Shown here: positions 9,408 to 19,227 of the stretch, piece by piece
Numbering within the stretch: the stretch's first letter is position 1
How the letters are laid out: every line of letters starts with the position of its first letter
From: an archaeon
GTDB lineage: Archaea > Nanobdellota > Nanobdellia > Woesearchaeales > UBA9642
Assembly: GCA_020057295.1 (NCBI GenBank)
Contig: JAGVGF010000003.1
Span: 1-64,000 of the forward strand
Direction of reading: 5' to 3'
Length of the DNA stretch: 64,000 nt
The notes under the pieces: model-generated
Seen by the model: only the letters and a program-made list of their open reading frames with translations
Told to the model about the DNA's origin: nothing
Database searches by the model: none
Position numbers and translations under genes: made by a program

Positions 9408-11423
9408 TTATATCCTGCTAATAAATCCTGCTCTTGGAGCAAAAATAACTCCTTCCTTCTTTAGCATGTCAAGAATTTCTTCAACCCTCTCAGAATCCAT
9501 ACTTTTTTCTTTAGCTTTCAATAACACATCATCTACAGGAATCTGTTTACCAATCTGTCCCTCTAGTTCTCTAATTATTTCTTTAACCATAGATATATGG
9601 CTTCTTTGAGATGCAGAAACTCCCGTAGTTATTCTATCAATGTCTATCTTGCCCGTTTCTGGATCTACACCAATTTGCATTAAACAAAAGTGTACTAATT
9701 CAATAGCTCTCCTAGCATCAGCCTTAGTAACTTTAGTGCTTAATCTTACTCTTGCACTAGCTTCACTAAGTCTTATCAATGCTTCTAACTGCCTTGCAGA
9801 AATAGGAATTGCTTTATATGCTCCTTCTTCATCGCCTGTACTACGCATTTTAACATAATATTCTTTAATTTCTTCTAATGCTTCATCACTTAAGTGCGGA
9901 TTAAAATTCTGTCTAGAATATGCAATATACTTTTTCAAGAAATCTGTACGTAATTCGGCGTCTCCTCCGCTAGCTTTTTGATGTAATTGTAGAATAAATT
10001 CTGCAGTTCTTTCATCTTTAGCCTTGTTAGGAAGATCTCTTATAGGAAATATTAAATCGAATCTATTTATTAATGTCGATGGCAATTCTATTTGTTTTGG
10101 AATTAATTCGTACGGATCGAATCTTCCGAATTTAGGATTTGCTGCCGCTAAAACGGTTGTTTCTGCTCTTAATGTTGCGGAAATGTTTGCTTTATTTATA
10201 GAAATTGTTTGTTGTTCTAATGCTTCGTGCATTGCGCTAGTATCTTCTTTAGTCATCTTATCCAATTCATCAATACAACAAATTCCGTGATTAGTTAATA
10301 CCAATGCGCCAGCTTCTAGAGCATATCCTCTAAGGAATTCATCTTTAACAACTGTTGCAGTAAGACCTGCTGCACTAGCTCCCTTTCCAGATACAAATCT
10401 TGATTTTGGTGCAACGATGCTTACTCTTTTTAACATCTGAGATTTACCCGAACCCGGATCTCCAATAAGCAAGATGTGAATATCTCCTCTATTTATGGAT
10501 TTATCATCTTTTACTTTTCTAACTCCGCCAAATAATTGTAGTACTAATGCTTCCTTAACTTTATCGTGACCATATATTGATGGTGCTATACTTCCAATTA
10601 TTTTTTTGAAAAGTTTAGGATCTTCAGATAATTCCTTAATTTCAGCAATTTCTTCTGGAGTAATATTTAATTCAGTAAAATCTTCAGCCACAGATTCTGC
10701 ATAGTTTGCTTCAATCATTAAATCAAATCTAGTTAGTTTTCCACCATCTTTGCCTATTAATGGAACTTCTTTTAGTATTCCTACAAGAATATTTTTACTA
10801 CCGGGATTTGTACGTTTTTCAGACATGGGGCTAACTAAATCTCCTTTCAAGAATACATCAATTCTCTTAGGTTGTTCTGAGCCTTCAATATCTTCTGCAG
10901 CTTCTTCTAGAACAATCTTTTGAGCATCAACCATTTCCTGACCTAATAATCTGAACTTTCCCTTTCTACCACAACCACACTTTGTTGGTTCTCTAAATTT
11001 AGTATCTAACTGTAATACAGTCATAGTGTTTCCACACGAAGGACATTCAAATCTTGCGCTAGTAACTTGTGGTCTAACAGGAGATTTTTGTCTTATAATT
11101 CCTACAACTTGAATAAGTTTAGAAAGGTGAGTGCTTCTAATATTTCTAATCATTACTTCTTGTGATTTTGAAAGATTTCTAAAACGTACTTTAAAATTTT
11201 TAACATTTGGAAAATCAAACTGTTCAATAGCAATCTCGCATGCTCTTAATACATCTTCAGGGTTTTCTAATAATTCCTGTGCTAATTCTAGATTAAATTT
11301 ACTTAAATCACTAAAATTTATTATTAAGAAATTTTCGCCACGAGATATTGCGCCATGTAATTGTTCTCTATAGACTAAGTCAAAGAATTCATGAAATTTT
11401 TCGATTTGCTCAGTAATCTCCAT
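9408..11423 (-). CDS. mcm: MCM replicative helicase
   Basis: CPSC Zn finger, GDPGSGKS, IDELDKM, AAANPKFGRFD, arginine finger NRFD, SARQLEALIRL. Confidence 0.98.
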   Translation of the reverse strand: MEITEQIEKFHEFFDLVYREQLHGAISRGENFLIINFSDLSKFNLELAQELLENPEDVLRACEIAIEQFDFPNVKNFKVRFRNLSKSQEVMIRNIRSTHLSKLIQVVGIIRQKSPVRPQVTSARFECPSCGNTMTVLQLDTKFREPTKCGCGRKGKFRLLGQEMVDAQKIVLEEAAEDIEGSEQPKRIDVFLKGDLVSPMSEKRTNPGSKNILVGILKEVPLIGKDGGKLTRFDLMIEANYAESVAEDFTELNITPEEIAEIKELSEDPKLFKKIIGSIAPSIYGHDKVKEALVLQLFGGVRKVKDDKSINRGDIHILLIGDPGSGKSQMLKRVSIVAPKSRFVSGKGASAAGLTATVVKDEFLRGYALEAGALVLTNHGICCIDELDKMTKEDTSAMHEALEQQTISINKANISATLRAETTVLAAANPKFGRFDPYELIPKQIELPSTLINRFDLIFPIRDLPNKAKDERTAEFILQLHQKASGGDAELRTDFLKKYIAYSRQNFNPHLSDEALEEIKEYYVKMRSTGDEEGAYKAIPISARQLEALIRLSEASARVRLSTKVTKADARRAIELVHFCLMQIGVDPETGKIDIDRITTGVSASQRSHISMVKEIIRELEGQIGKQIPVDDVLLKAKEKSMDSERVEEILDMLKKEGVIFAPRAGFISRI

Positions 11424-11513
11424 AACATCTTTACAGTATTTTTAACTGTACCCCCGCAAACCTCGACTCGAATTATTTAATGTGTTAATATAAAATTAAA
11501 AATATAAAAAAAT

Positions 11514-12107
11514 TTATTGAACTTTTTTTAGGATAACTATAAGCTTTTCTAGAGCTTCTCTTGCTTCAGCTTCAGACTTTGTTCCAGTACATACTACTTT
11601 ACCGTTGCTGAACAATAAGAACGTTGCTTTAGCTTCTATTAGCTTATATACTAATCCTGGGAATTGTTCTGGCTCGTATTCTGTGTTTGGAAGCTTCATT
11701 GCTAAGCTATTTAAATTTAGAGCCATTCCAATTGAACCAGCTGCAACCATATTTTGAATGGTTATTTTTGGTTTAATAGTTATCTTTATACCTATTTTTT
11801 GTAAGCTTTCTATTATCTTTTGTATAGATTCTTCAACTTTTTGAATAGATCTAGCACCAGTGCATACAATTTTTCCAGAGCTAAATATTAGTGCTGACGT
11901 CTTAGGTTCTTTGATTCTAATTACTAATCCTGGGAATTGTTCAGGATTATACTCTGTATTGCTTAATGTTGCAGCCATTTTTTCTAATGGAATTGTGTGT
12001 TCTAATGATGAACTAACTACAATATTAACGATCTGCAAATCTCTTTCAGTAGTTTTGCTTTCTTCTACTTTTGCACTTTTAGTTTTTTTAACGGTTTTTT
12101 TGGCCAT
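11514..12107 (-). CDS. tbp: TATA-box binding protein
   Basis: Two repeats of EY(N/E)PEQFPGLV...FS(S/N)GK(I/V)VCTG. Confidence 0.98.
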   Translation of the reverse strand: MAKKTVKKTKSAKVEESKTTERDLQIVNIVVSSSLEHTIPLEKMAATLSNTEYNPEQFPGLVIRIKEPKTSALIFSSGKIVCTGARSIQKVEESIQKIIESLQKIGIKITIKPKITIQNMVAAGSIGMALNLNSLAMKLPNTEYEPEQFPGLVYKLIEAKATFLLFSNGKVVCTGTKSEAEAREALEKLIVILKKVQ

Positions 12108-12208
12108 TTCAATAACCCCCTATATTACGATGAATATTACAGATTTTATTTATAAAGGGAGTCGCCCATTATTTATAAATGCGATTGTTTGTGCTTAGGG
12201 ATAAAACT

Positions 12209-12374
12209 TTCCATTTGAAATAAGGGTTTGTTGTCCCTTCACCAGTGACAACCTTCTTTTCGTATGGAGTTTTTGTTTTGTATCTATTTGGTGTTTTTAG
12301 GCGTTTAAAACCTGTTTCTCTGACTCAGTATACTAAATTCAACATTTAGGGAACCCCTTTAGTGAATATGGAAC
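12209..12374. promoter_or_regulatory. Cluster of ORB-like boxes in the tbp/NUDIX divergent intergenic region
   Basis: TTCCATTTGAAATAAGGGT at 12209-12227 (+), ACTCCATACGAAAAGAAGGT at 12251-12270 (-), GTTCCATATTCACTAAAGGGGTTC at 12351-12374 (-). Confidence 0.55.
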
Positions 12375-12582
12375 ATTACTTTAAAGTGATAGTACACTTA
12401 CACTAGGTATTTGTGTAAAAATAGTTCCAAAACAGTATTTTGTTTATAAACATATTTTATCTTTTTTGATTTTTATTTAATACTATTTGTAATGATTTTC
12501 TTAATTATTTTCGATTTATCTTTTATTTCCATAAACTATATAAAAAGCTGTCTTAACATTTATTCTGTAAAGGTGATTACTT

Positions 12583-13008
12583 ATGGAGATGAAAGGTGTT
12601 CAGGTTATAACTTATGATAATAATGGTGAATTATTCTTCTTAATACTTAGACGTGTTGAAGGATGGAATGGATGGGAATTTCCAAAAACGTTAATACGTG
12701 AAGGAGAAACAGAAGAACAAGCTGTCGATAGGTTGATGGCGGATCAAGTCGGTATTAGCAAGGCAAAAATAATTAAGAAGATGAATAGTACTCAAGCATT
12801 TCAAGATGATCAAGATACACATGTTTTTCAATTCTATTTGATTAATGCTTCTATGAACATTCCTGTAAAAAATTATGCACATGCTAAAAAACACGATAAT
12901 TATTTATGGGCACTACGTGATTCTGTAGATAGAAAATTGACGTGGGAACCAGAAAAGGTAGCATTGCATGAAGCATTACCAATAATTCATGAAATAGAAA
13001 AAATGTAA
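12583..13008 (+). CDS. NUDIX-fold protein with a degenerate Nudix box
   Basis: FLILRR..W.GWEFPK....EGETEEQA..R; the REUXEE stretch is replaced by RLMADQVG. Confidence 0.7.
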   Translation: MEMKGVQVITYDNNGELFFLILRRVEGWNGWEFPKTLIREGETEEQAVDRLMADQVGISKAKIIKKMNSTQAFQDDQDTHVFQFYLINASMNIPVKNYAHAKKHDNYLWALRDSVDRKLTWEPEKVALHEALPIIHEIEKM

Positions 13009-13038
13009 TTATTTATTATGTTTATTTCTTTAATATTT

Positions 13039-13719
13039 TTATTTCATTAATTCAGCAACTTCTTTGTTTGTTAAGAATCTCCATTTGCCTATCTTAACAT
13101 TCATTCTTAGATTTCCTATTTTAGTTCTAGATAACTCGGTAACATAATATCCTAGTTTGAAAAACATTCTCTTAATAATCCATTTTTTACCTTCGTGTAT
13201 TGTTACTTCTAATTGATCTCTATGATATATTTTGACTTTCGCTTTTATTTTGCCATCTAATAAATGAATTCCTTCTTCAATCTGTTTTATATCTCTATCC
13301 TCTATTCTTTTATCTAATTTTACAAAATATGTTTTTTCTTTCTCGTATCTTGGATGTGTTATCTTATTAGCAAAGTCTCCATCATTAGTTAGAAGTAATA
13401 ATCCTGTGGTGTTTTTATCAAGTCTTCCAACAGGGAAGATTCTTACAGATAAAGGCACGAGTTGTAATACACTCTTTTCTACGTTTGGACTTAATGTTAC
13501 TTCATAATGTTTAGGTTTATTTAACATTATATAGATAGGTTTATTCTTTTCTATAATTGTATTATTGATATAAATTTCATCTTTATCAGGATCAGCTTTA
13601 TCGCCTAATTTTATTATCTTACCATTAACCATTACTTTACGATTTTCAATATATTCTTCAGCCTTACGTCTACTACAATACCCTGCATTAGCTATAATTT
13701 TTTGTACGCGTTCTTCCAT
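13039..13719 (-). CDS. Bacterial-type rRNA pseudouridine synthase (RsuA/RluB family)
   Basis: S4 domain ERVQKIIANAGYCSRRKAE, catalytic PVGRLDKNTTGLLLLTNDGD, EGKKW. Confidence 0.93.
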   Translation of the reverse strand: MEERVQKIIANAGYCSRRKAEEYIENRKVMVNGKIIKLGDKADPDKDEIYINNTIIEKNKPIYIMLNKPKHYEVTLSPNVEKSVLQLVPLSVRIFPVGRLDKNTTGLLLLTNDGDFANKITHPRYEKEKTYFVKLDKRIEDRDIKQIEEGIHLLDGKIKAKVKIYHRDQLEVTIHEGKKWIIKRMFFKLGYYVTELSRTKIGNLRMNVKIGKWRFLTNKEVAELMK

Positions 13720-13780
13720 AATAAGAATAACTTGTCCTTTTTTATAAACCTTTTTAAATTATTTTACATTCAAAGACTAT

Positions 13781-14317
13781 ATGGTTGATTTTGATGTAGT
13801 AATACCTAAAGGTAATGAAGAAGAGTTCATACAGCGTGCTTTAGATTTAGGATATACACAAATACTATTTTTATACACTAATTCTAATCAGAAAAAATTT
13901 CAATCAAACAAAATCTCTGTTAAATCAGGATATCTATTAAAGAATCCTTCAGAATTATTAAAAGTTAAGACCAATTTCGATTATATCTTTGCTGTAGCTG
14001 AAAGAAAATATTTCGAAACAAAAACAGATTATATTATTGATTCGGAATTATCTGATAGAAAAGATTCATACCATTATAGAGCTACTATGTTAAATCAAGT
14101 GCATGCAATTTTAGCAAAGAAAAATAAGATCATTGTTACTTTAAGTTTTAATAATATATGCTCTAATCCTTATATTATGTTAGGCAAAATGTTACAAAAC
14201 GCTACGCTTATACGAAAATACTCTTTAAAGAGTGATGCGTTTAGTTTTGCAGAACACCCTTCAGAAATGCGTTCGAAAAGTGTTCTAAGATCATTATTAA
14301 AGTTCGTAGGCTTGTAA
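13781..14317 (+). CDS. rnp3: RNase P protein subunit Rpp30-like
   Basis: A..LGY N-terminus, LNQVHAILAKKNKI, KY, SFA.HP.EMRS pattern typical of Rpp30. Confidence 0.7.
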   Translation: MVDFDVVIPKGNEEEFIQRALDLGYTQILFLYTNSNQKKFQSNKISVKSGYLLKNPSELLKVKTNFDYIFAVAERKYFETKTDYIIDSELSDRKDSYHYRATMLNQVHAILAKKNKIIVTLSFNNICSNPYIMLGKMLQNATLIRKYSLKSDAFSFAEHPSEMRSKSVLRSLLKFVGL

Positions 14318-14350
14318 AACTTTTTAAATAGTTCTTCCTATTAACACTCT

Positions 14351-15130
14351 ATGTATGGTTTTTGGTATTCGATTAAGGAGAATTATTCATTTAGTATAAA
14401 GGAATTAACAGAATTATTTTGGACCACATTAGCATTCACATTCTTAACAACAGCATACTACACAGGCATATTGTATAAGCCCGTGATTTTAGAAGATACT
14501 TTAGGATTTTTTATAGCTTTGTTCATAGCAATATTTTTAGGATTATATCTTCATGTCGCATTACAAAAAGTTGTTGGCATAAAATTAGGTTATAAGGTAA
14601 CGTATACTTATTGGCTTAACGGTATTTTGATCTGTCTCTTTTTAGGATTATTAACGTTTGGAATGGTTCCCTTACTCTCTATATTAATACTTCCCGGCGC
14701 AGTAACCATCGAACACTTACCAAAAATAAGATTAGGAAAGTTTAGATACGGGATTAATGCTAAAGACATTGCAAGAGTTAGTCTTGCAGGACCATTAGCA
14801 CACGTAATTATTGTTATGTTTTTGGGTATTTTTTATTTATCTGCAGGCAGAAGCGAATTAATTTTTCAATTTATAACTGTTAATTTATTACTTGCCATAT
14901 ATTCTATGTTGCCAATTCCAAAGATAGATATACCAACGAGAATGGATAGTGCAAGCGACGGATTAGGGATATTCTTCTTTTCGAGAACTATATATGTATT
15001 ATGTGCATTTACGATTCTCTTTTATGCGATGATGATATGGATTGCAAGTATTTTTTCTTTTGTGACGGCATTTGCGATGGCCGTAATTATGACTATAGTA
15101 TATATAGTTAGTATGGATCAGAAAAATTAA
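14351..15130 (+). CDS. Site-2 protease (M50)-like membrane protein, probably catalytically degenerate
   Basis: SLAGPLAH and NLLLAIYSMLPIPKID resemble S2P motifs. HExxH appears as HVALQ. Confidence 0.6.
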   Translation: MYGFWYSIKENYSFSIKELTELFWTTLAFTFLTTAYYTGILYKPVILEDTLGFFIALFIAIFLGLYLHVALQKVVGIKLGYKVTYTYWLNGILICLFLGLLTFGMVPLLSILILPGAVTIEHLPKIRLGKFRYGINAKDIARVSLAGPLAHVIIVMFLGIFYLSAGRSELIFQFITVNLLLAIYSMLPIPKIDIPTRMDSASDGLGIFFFSRTIYVLCAFTILFYAMMIWIASIFSFVTAFAMAVIMTIVYIVSMDQKN

Positions 15131-15250
15131 CACTGACGACTCGAGTATTCTTGTATATTTTCTCGACTAGAAAAAACCACTAAAATAATAAACTTTATAA
15201 ACAAGTTCCTCTAAGATTTACTAGTTTAACTCATTAATTAGTGAGTTGGG

Positions 15251-15496
15251 GTGAATAAAATGGAGACAGTTGCAAAAGTTGGAGTAAAAAAAGAAAAGGG
15301 AATGTTGTACTTTGTAGATAAGCAAGGAGACATTTCAGCAGCAACTATGGCTCGTGGCGGTAAAGCTAAGAAGGGCGCAAAGAAGGTTGCAAAAGTAGGC
15401 GTTAAGAAGGAAAAGGGATACCTATACTTCGTTGACAAGAAAGGAAATGTTGCTAGAGCAAAGATGGCTCGTGGCGGCAGAAAGAGAAAGAAATAA
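15251..15496 (+). CDS. Small, very basic protein made of two tandem ~38-aa repeats
   Basis: VAKVGVKKEKG(M/Y)LYFVDK.G....A.MARGG occurs twice. SD-like GGGGTGA lies upstream of the ATG at 15260, which may be the true start. Confidence 0.85.
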   Translation: MNKMETVAKVGVKKEKGMLYFVDKQGDISAATMARGGKAKKGAKKVAKVGVKKEKGYLYFVDKKGNVARAKMARGGRKRKK

Positions 15497-15526
15497 ATTC
15501 TCTAGTTTTTTTATAGTTATAAACTA

Positions 15527-15546
15527 CAAGAGGAGTAATCCTCTTG
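15527..15546. terminator. Stem-loop between convergent genes
   Basis: CAAGAGGA-GTAA-TCCTCTTG: perfect 8-bp stem with a GNRA loop. Confidence 0.45.
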
Positions 15547-15570
15547 AAGGTTATTTTATATTTCTAATTT

Positions 15571-16113
15571 CTAAAATGGCTGTGCTTCTTGAATTAATCT
15601 ATGATATTTTTCTATCATAATCGGAGAATTTAATTTTTCTTCTAATAAACTTCCTTTAGGCAAATATGTTACTGCTCTTTCAAATTCGTATCGTATCATA
15701 TCTTCCTTGCTGGGAAAATCTTTAGCATGCGCGTATACGTAAGGCCCTGTTTTTGGGTGAGAGATAGGAAAAGTCTTAATCCAGTTCCACGGCAAGAAAA
15801 TTACTTCTCTAGCAATAATCAAATCAGTCAAGCTCTCTGTTTCTTTTACTTTTTTCACAGGCTTGCTTAAAGTATAATTGAAGAATCCCCAAAATAATTT
15901 TTTTCCTCTATTCTCTCTTTCAAATTTTTTTATTTGATATGCATGTATGGCATAAGAATTGGCATATATAGACATTCGACTTTTTATTTCTATGCCTATT
16001 TCGTCGTCAGCCAAGTCAATTCCGGTACGTTCAGGTATAGGTATATGAAATGTTTCGCCCGTCCATCTTCTGTTTACCACTTCTATTTTACTAGCGAACG
16101 CCTTACGATTCAT
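15571..16113 (-). CDS. Hypothetical protein, possible PD-(D/E)xK nuclease fold
   Basis: GIDLADDEIGIEIKS resembles the D..ExK active-site signature. Confidence 0.5.
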   Translation of the reverse strand: MNRKAFASKIEVVNRRWTGETFHIPIPERTGIDLADDEIGIEIKSRMSIYANSYAIHAYQIKKFERENRGKKLFWGFFNYTLSKPVKKVKETESLTDLIIAREVIFLPWNWIKTFPISHPKTGPYVYAHAKDFPSKEDMIRYEFERAVTYLPKGSLLEEKLNSPIMIEKYHRLIQEAQPF

Positions 16114-16150
16114 AAAATATAGAAAATATTAACACTATATAAATTTGTTC

Positions 16151-17770
16151 TTATTCTTTAGTAGTTTCTTTTTCTGATTTCTTTTCCCCTTTAGTATTTT
16201 CTTTCTTTATTCTTTTCTTTGGAGCATCGTTGTTTTGCATCCATACTCTTTTCTTTGCGTATTGTACTGGGTTTTTTATATTTCTACATAACCCGTCAGG
16301 ATTACAAAATTGTGTATCAATCATATACCCTCGATTATCGCAATTTGGAGGCATCATCTTTTCCTTGTTATTGGCAGCCTGATTTTTATAATATCTTAAC
16401 TGTCCCCTAATATATGTTTCTTTAAGCTGATCGGGTTTGTTTCTTTCGTTCCATTTAAGACAGTATTCTTCTATCTTATCGTGTTCCCAATTACACGAAC
16501 TCAAGAAATTAATAAGCACAAGCAATGCCCGTTTTTTCCCATCCTCTAATCCTCTACTTATTTTTTTGATGCATGGCGGGAAGAATTCTTCTGGAATAGC
16601 AGTATTATCTAAATTAAGATTCTGCGAACTAATCATATTTTTTTCTTTCTCAAATGTTTTTCTTACTACATCTCTGCTACGTTGTAGATTTTCGGATTTA
16701 TAATCAAAAGCTTTCTGAAATAACGTCATTGCTTCTCCAGCATGAGCACTTTTACGATCCAAAAATTTGTAAGATTTAAAGTTTTTAGGGTCTGCTTCAG
16801 TCTTTTCAAATTTCAGTATGTGTTTAATATCGAAAGGCATTGAAACTAATCCTGTTTTCTCATGTAAGGAGTAAGGCATCCTAAACATATGTCTAGAACT
16901 AATAAGTATTGTATCAACATTAACTATAGAAGATAAGTCAAACTCTCTTCTAAATTTGCTTGATCCACAACGACACAGTGCTTTATTAATAACATATTTT
17001 TCCATGATTCGTTTACATTTAGGACAAGATTTAAACTTAGAATCATCTCCTTCTTCGCTATATTCACAGTTAGGACAGATATATTCGCTCTTTGATATGA
17101 TTTTTTTCTCATCAATAGTATTTCTGCAATTTTCACAACGAGTTACTGTTAAGTCAGAATCCTTTTTCCCGGTTTCCTCCAATAATTTATCAAATTTTAC
17201 ATCAATTTTTCCAAATTTTATAAGATTCTTGGTCTTATCCACAATTATCAGATTTTGTGTTATATAGTATAAAAGATATTCTGCAATTTTTCTAGGACCT
17301 TCAGGAAATAAATTTTTGACATCGATACCTACAACTTTATTTGGAAAGGATTCAAAAGGTACAGCTATATGAAATCCTTTTCCTCCAGAAAATTTTACTG
17401 TAACATTATCTATATTATGATCTTTTAACGCTTTAATAAACACATATGTTGTTAATTTAGAAAAATTCCAGTAAGGACAATCAATATCTAATATTAAGTC
17501 CCATCCAATTCTTAAATCATCTAGTTCATTACGTCTAAGATTAGGATTTAATTGTAAAGGATTATTCCATAATTCTTCTGAGCAATGAAAGCTTGTTGCT
17601 CCACGTTTAGCAGATTCTAAGATATCATTATCATAAGCTAATATATCTGGTCTTTTACCAAAGCTTTCGTCAAAACGCACCCCTATCTCTTTATTTGCTG
17701 CATGTTCAAGCATTAATTTCTGTACATCTTTACGCTTGTAATATGATAATGTCTGACTTAGAGTAAGCAT
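16151..17770 (-). CDS. priS: Fused archaeal DNA primase PriS-PriL
   Basis: AEP motifs GWDLILDIDC, KFSGGKGFHI, RHMFRMPYSLH. PriL Fe-S domain FPPCI...PPNC...C...C..IKNPVQY. Confidence 0.93.
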   Translation of the reverse strand: MLTLSQTLSYYKRKDVQKLMLEHAANKEIGVRFDESFGKRPDILAYDNDILESAKRGATSFHCSEELWNNPLQLNPNLRRNELDDLRIGWDLILDIDCPYWNFSKLTTYVFIKALKDHNIDNVTVKFSGGKGFHIAVPFESFPNKVVGIDVKNLFPEGPRKIAEYLLYYITQNLIIVDKTKNLIKFGKIDVKFDKLLEETGKKDSDLTVTRCENCRNTIDEKKIISKSEYICPNCEYSEEGDDSKFKSCPKCKRIMEKYVINKALCRCGSSKFRREFDLSSIVNVDTILISSRHMFRMPYSLHEKTGLVSMPFDIKHILKFEKTEADPKNFKSYKFLDRKSAHAGEAMTLFQKAFDYKSENLQRSRDVVRKTFEKEKNMISSQNLNLDNTAIPEEFFPPCIKKISRGLEDGKKRALLVLINFLSSCNWEHDKIEEYCLKWNERNKPDQLKETYIRGQLRYYKNQAANNKEKMMPPNCDNRGYMIDTQFCNPDGLCRNIKNPVQYAKKRVWMQNNDAPKKRIKKENTKGEKKSEKETTKE

Positions 17771-17822
17771 AACTATGAAAAAGAAAGACGATTTATATAG
17801 ATTGTTGTGCGTTGTCCAGTGC

Positions 17823-18392
17823 TTAGATGCTTACTTTAACGTTTTTCGCTTCTTCAGCAGTTGCTTTAAACATTTCTTCTGCTTGATATTTTAACATGTT
17901 TGCAACTACAACATCAGGAATAGATTGTATCCTTATATTATAATTATTAACAGAATCGTTGTAGAATTCTCTTCTATCCGCTATTTGATTTTCAATTGCA
18001 CTTATTCTCTCTTGTAATTTTAGGAAGTTTTCACTAGCTTGTAATTTAGGATAATTCTCTGCAACTGCAAACAGAGATTTAAGATTTCCACTAATAGTGT
18101 TATTTAATTTGGCCTTTTCGCTCATTGTTGTTGCACTCATTAACGCAGTTCTAGCTTTTGTTATTTCCATCAACGTATTTTTCTCGTGTCTCATATATCC
18201 TTTAACAGTTTCAATTAAATTAGGGATTTCATCATATCTTTGCTTCAAAAGAACATCTATATTTGCCCAAGATTTTTTTATATTGTTTTTTAATTGTATC
18301 AAACCATTAAATATTGAAATAATATATGCTATTATTCCCATAAAAATTATTAACAAAATTGCTGTCAACATAACTGGTCCGAATAAATCCAT
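17823..18392 (-). CDS. lemA: LemA family protein
   Basis: N-terminal TM, IDVLLKQRYDEIPNLIETVKGY, AVAENYPKLQAS. Confidence 0.95.
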   Translation of the reverse strand: MDLFGPVMLTAILLIIFMGIIAYIISIFNGLIQLKNNIKKSWANIDVLLKQRYDEIPNLIETVKGYMRHEKNTLMEITKARTALMSATTMSEKAKLNNTISGNLKSLFAVAENYPKLQASENFLKLQERISAIENQIADRREFYNDSVNNYNIRIQSIPDVVVANMLKYQAEEMFKATAEEAKNVKVSI

Positions 18393-18401
18393 TTTTTCAC
18401 C

Positions 18402-19154
18402 TCAAATAATCATATAAAATATTATAATTCCTAAACAAGTCAATATTAATGCTCCGCCACCATATATCCCGAAAAATATTTTCCATCCAAATGATTTTAA
18501 GACTTCTTTTTCTGGACGATCAGAAATATAATAGAAATCATTTTTTCCACCTTTTGTTATCATAAGATTCTCTTCGTTCCTTCCCGAGTACTCTCCTGAA
18601 GGTTTAGGAACTGCTGTGCCCATCACATATACTTTATCTCCTGTTCCTATTCTATATTCTGTAAAGCGCATTTTTTTATTTGCTCCAAAAAAGTTTTCAA
18701 ATTTAAGATTGTTATCTAAAAGGTATTTTTGAATTTCTTTGGAAGGATCTTTTCCGAATCCTGACTCAAAAGAAAAATCTTTAGGCAATTCTAATTCGCA
18801 ATTCTTAGGATCTACAACAACTTTTCCAGTATCATCATTAACATAAAATGATTCCTTACATTCATCTTGACGCAAGGTTACCCATCTACTACTTTTTCCT
18901 TGGCTTTTATATTCTTCTACAACTATCTTATAATATACGCAAGATTTTTTTGTTAAAGGAGATTTAAAAGGCAAACTTATTGAAGTTGCTTCTCCAAATA
19001 TTTCTACCATCCCAATAGCTAAAGATCGTATCTTTGATGTGGGTGTATTTTCTATTTGTCTTTTTTGTTTTAATCGTATAAAACCTATATAAAATGCAAT
19101 TATTCCTATAAAGAAACAAATAATAGCCGTTACTAGCAGTCTTCCGTCAGTCAT
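18402..19154 (-). CDS. GIDE-domain membrane protein
   Basis: TM, then IENTPTSKIRSLAIG.VEI.G, SPLT...CVYY, FYVNDDTGKV.VDP, RFTE, GDKVYVMG, C-terminal TM. Confidence 0.8.
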   Translation of the reverse strand: MTDGRLLVTAIICFFIGIIAFYIGFIRLKQKRQIENTPTSKIRSLAIGMVEIFGEATSISLPFKSPLTKKSCVYYKIVVEEYKSQGKSSRWVTLRQDECKESFYVNDDTGKVVVDPKNCELELPKDFSFESGFGKDPSKEIQKYLLDNNLKFENFFGANKKMRFTEYRIGTGDKVYVMGTAVPKPSGEYSGRNEENLMITKGGKNDFYYISDRPEKEVLKSFGWKIFFGIYGGGALILTCLGIIIFYMII

Positions 19155-19227
19155 ATTTTTATTTCGTTATTCTTCTTTTTAAATATTACTAAACGCATAG
19201 AGTTATTAAAAAAGTAAGAAGAAATGA

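Noticed and set aside
3218-11423. Inteins in DP2 or MCM
   Set aside because: Protein lengths are normal, conserved motifs are contiguous, and no intein splice or LAGLIDADG motifs are visible.
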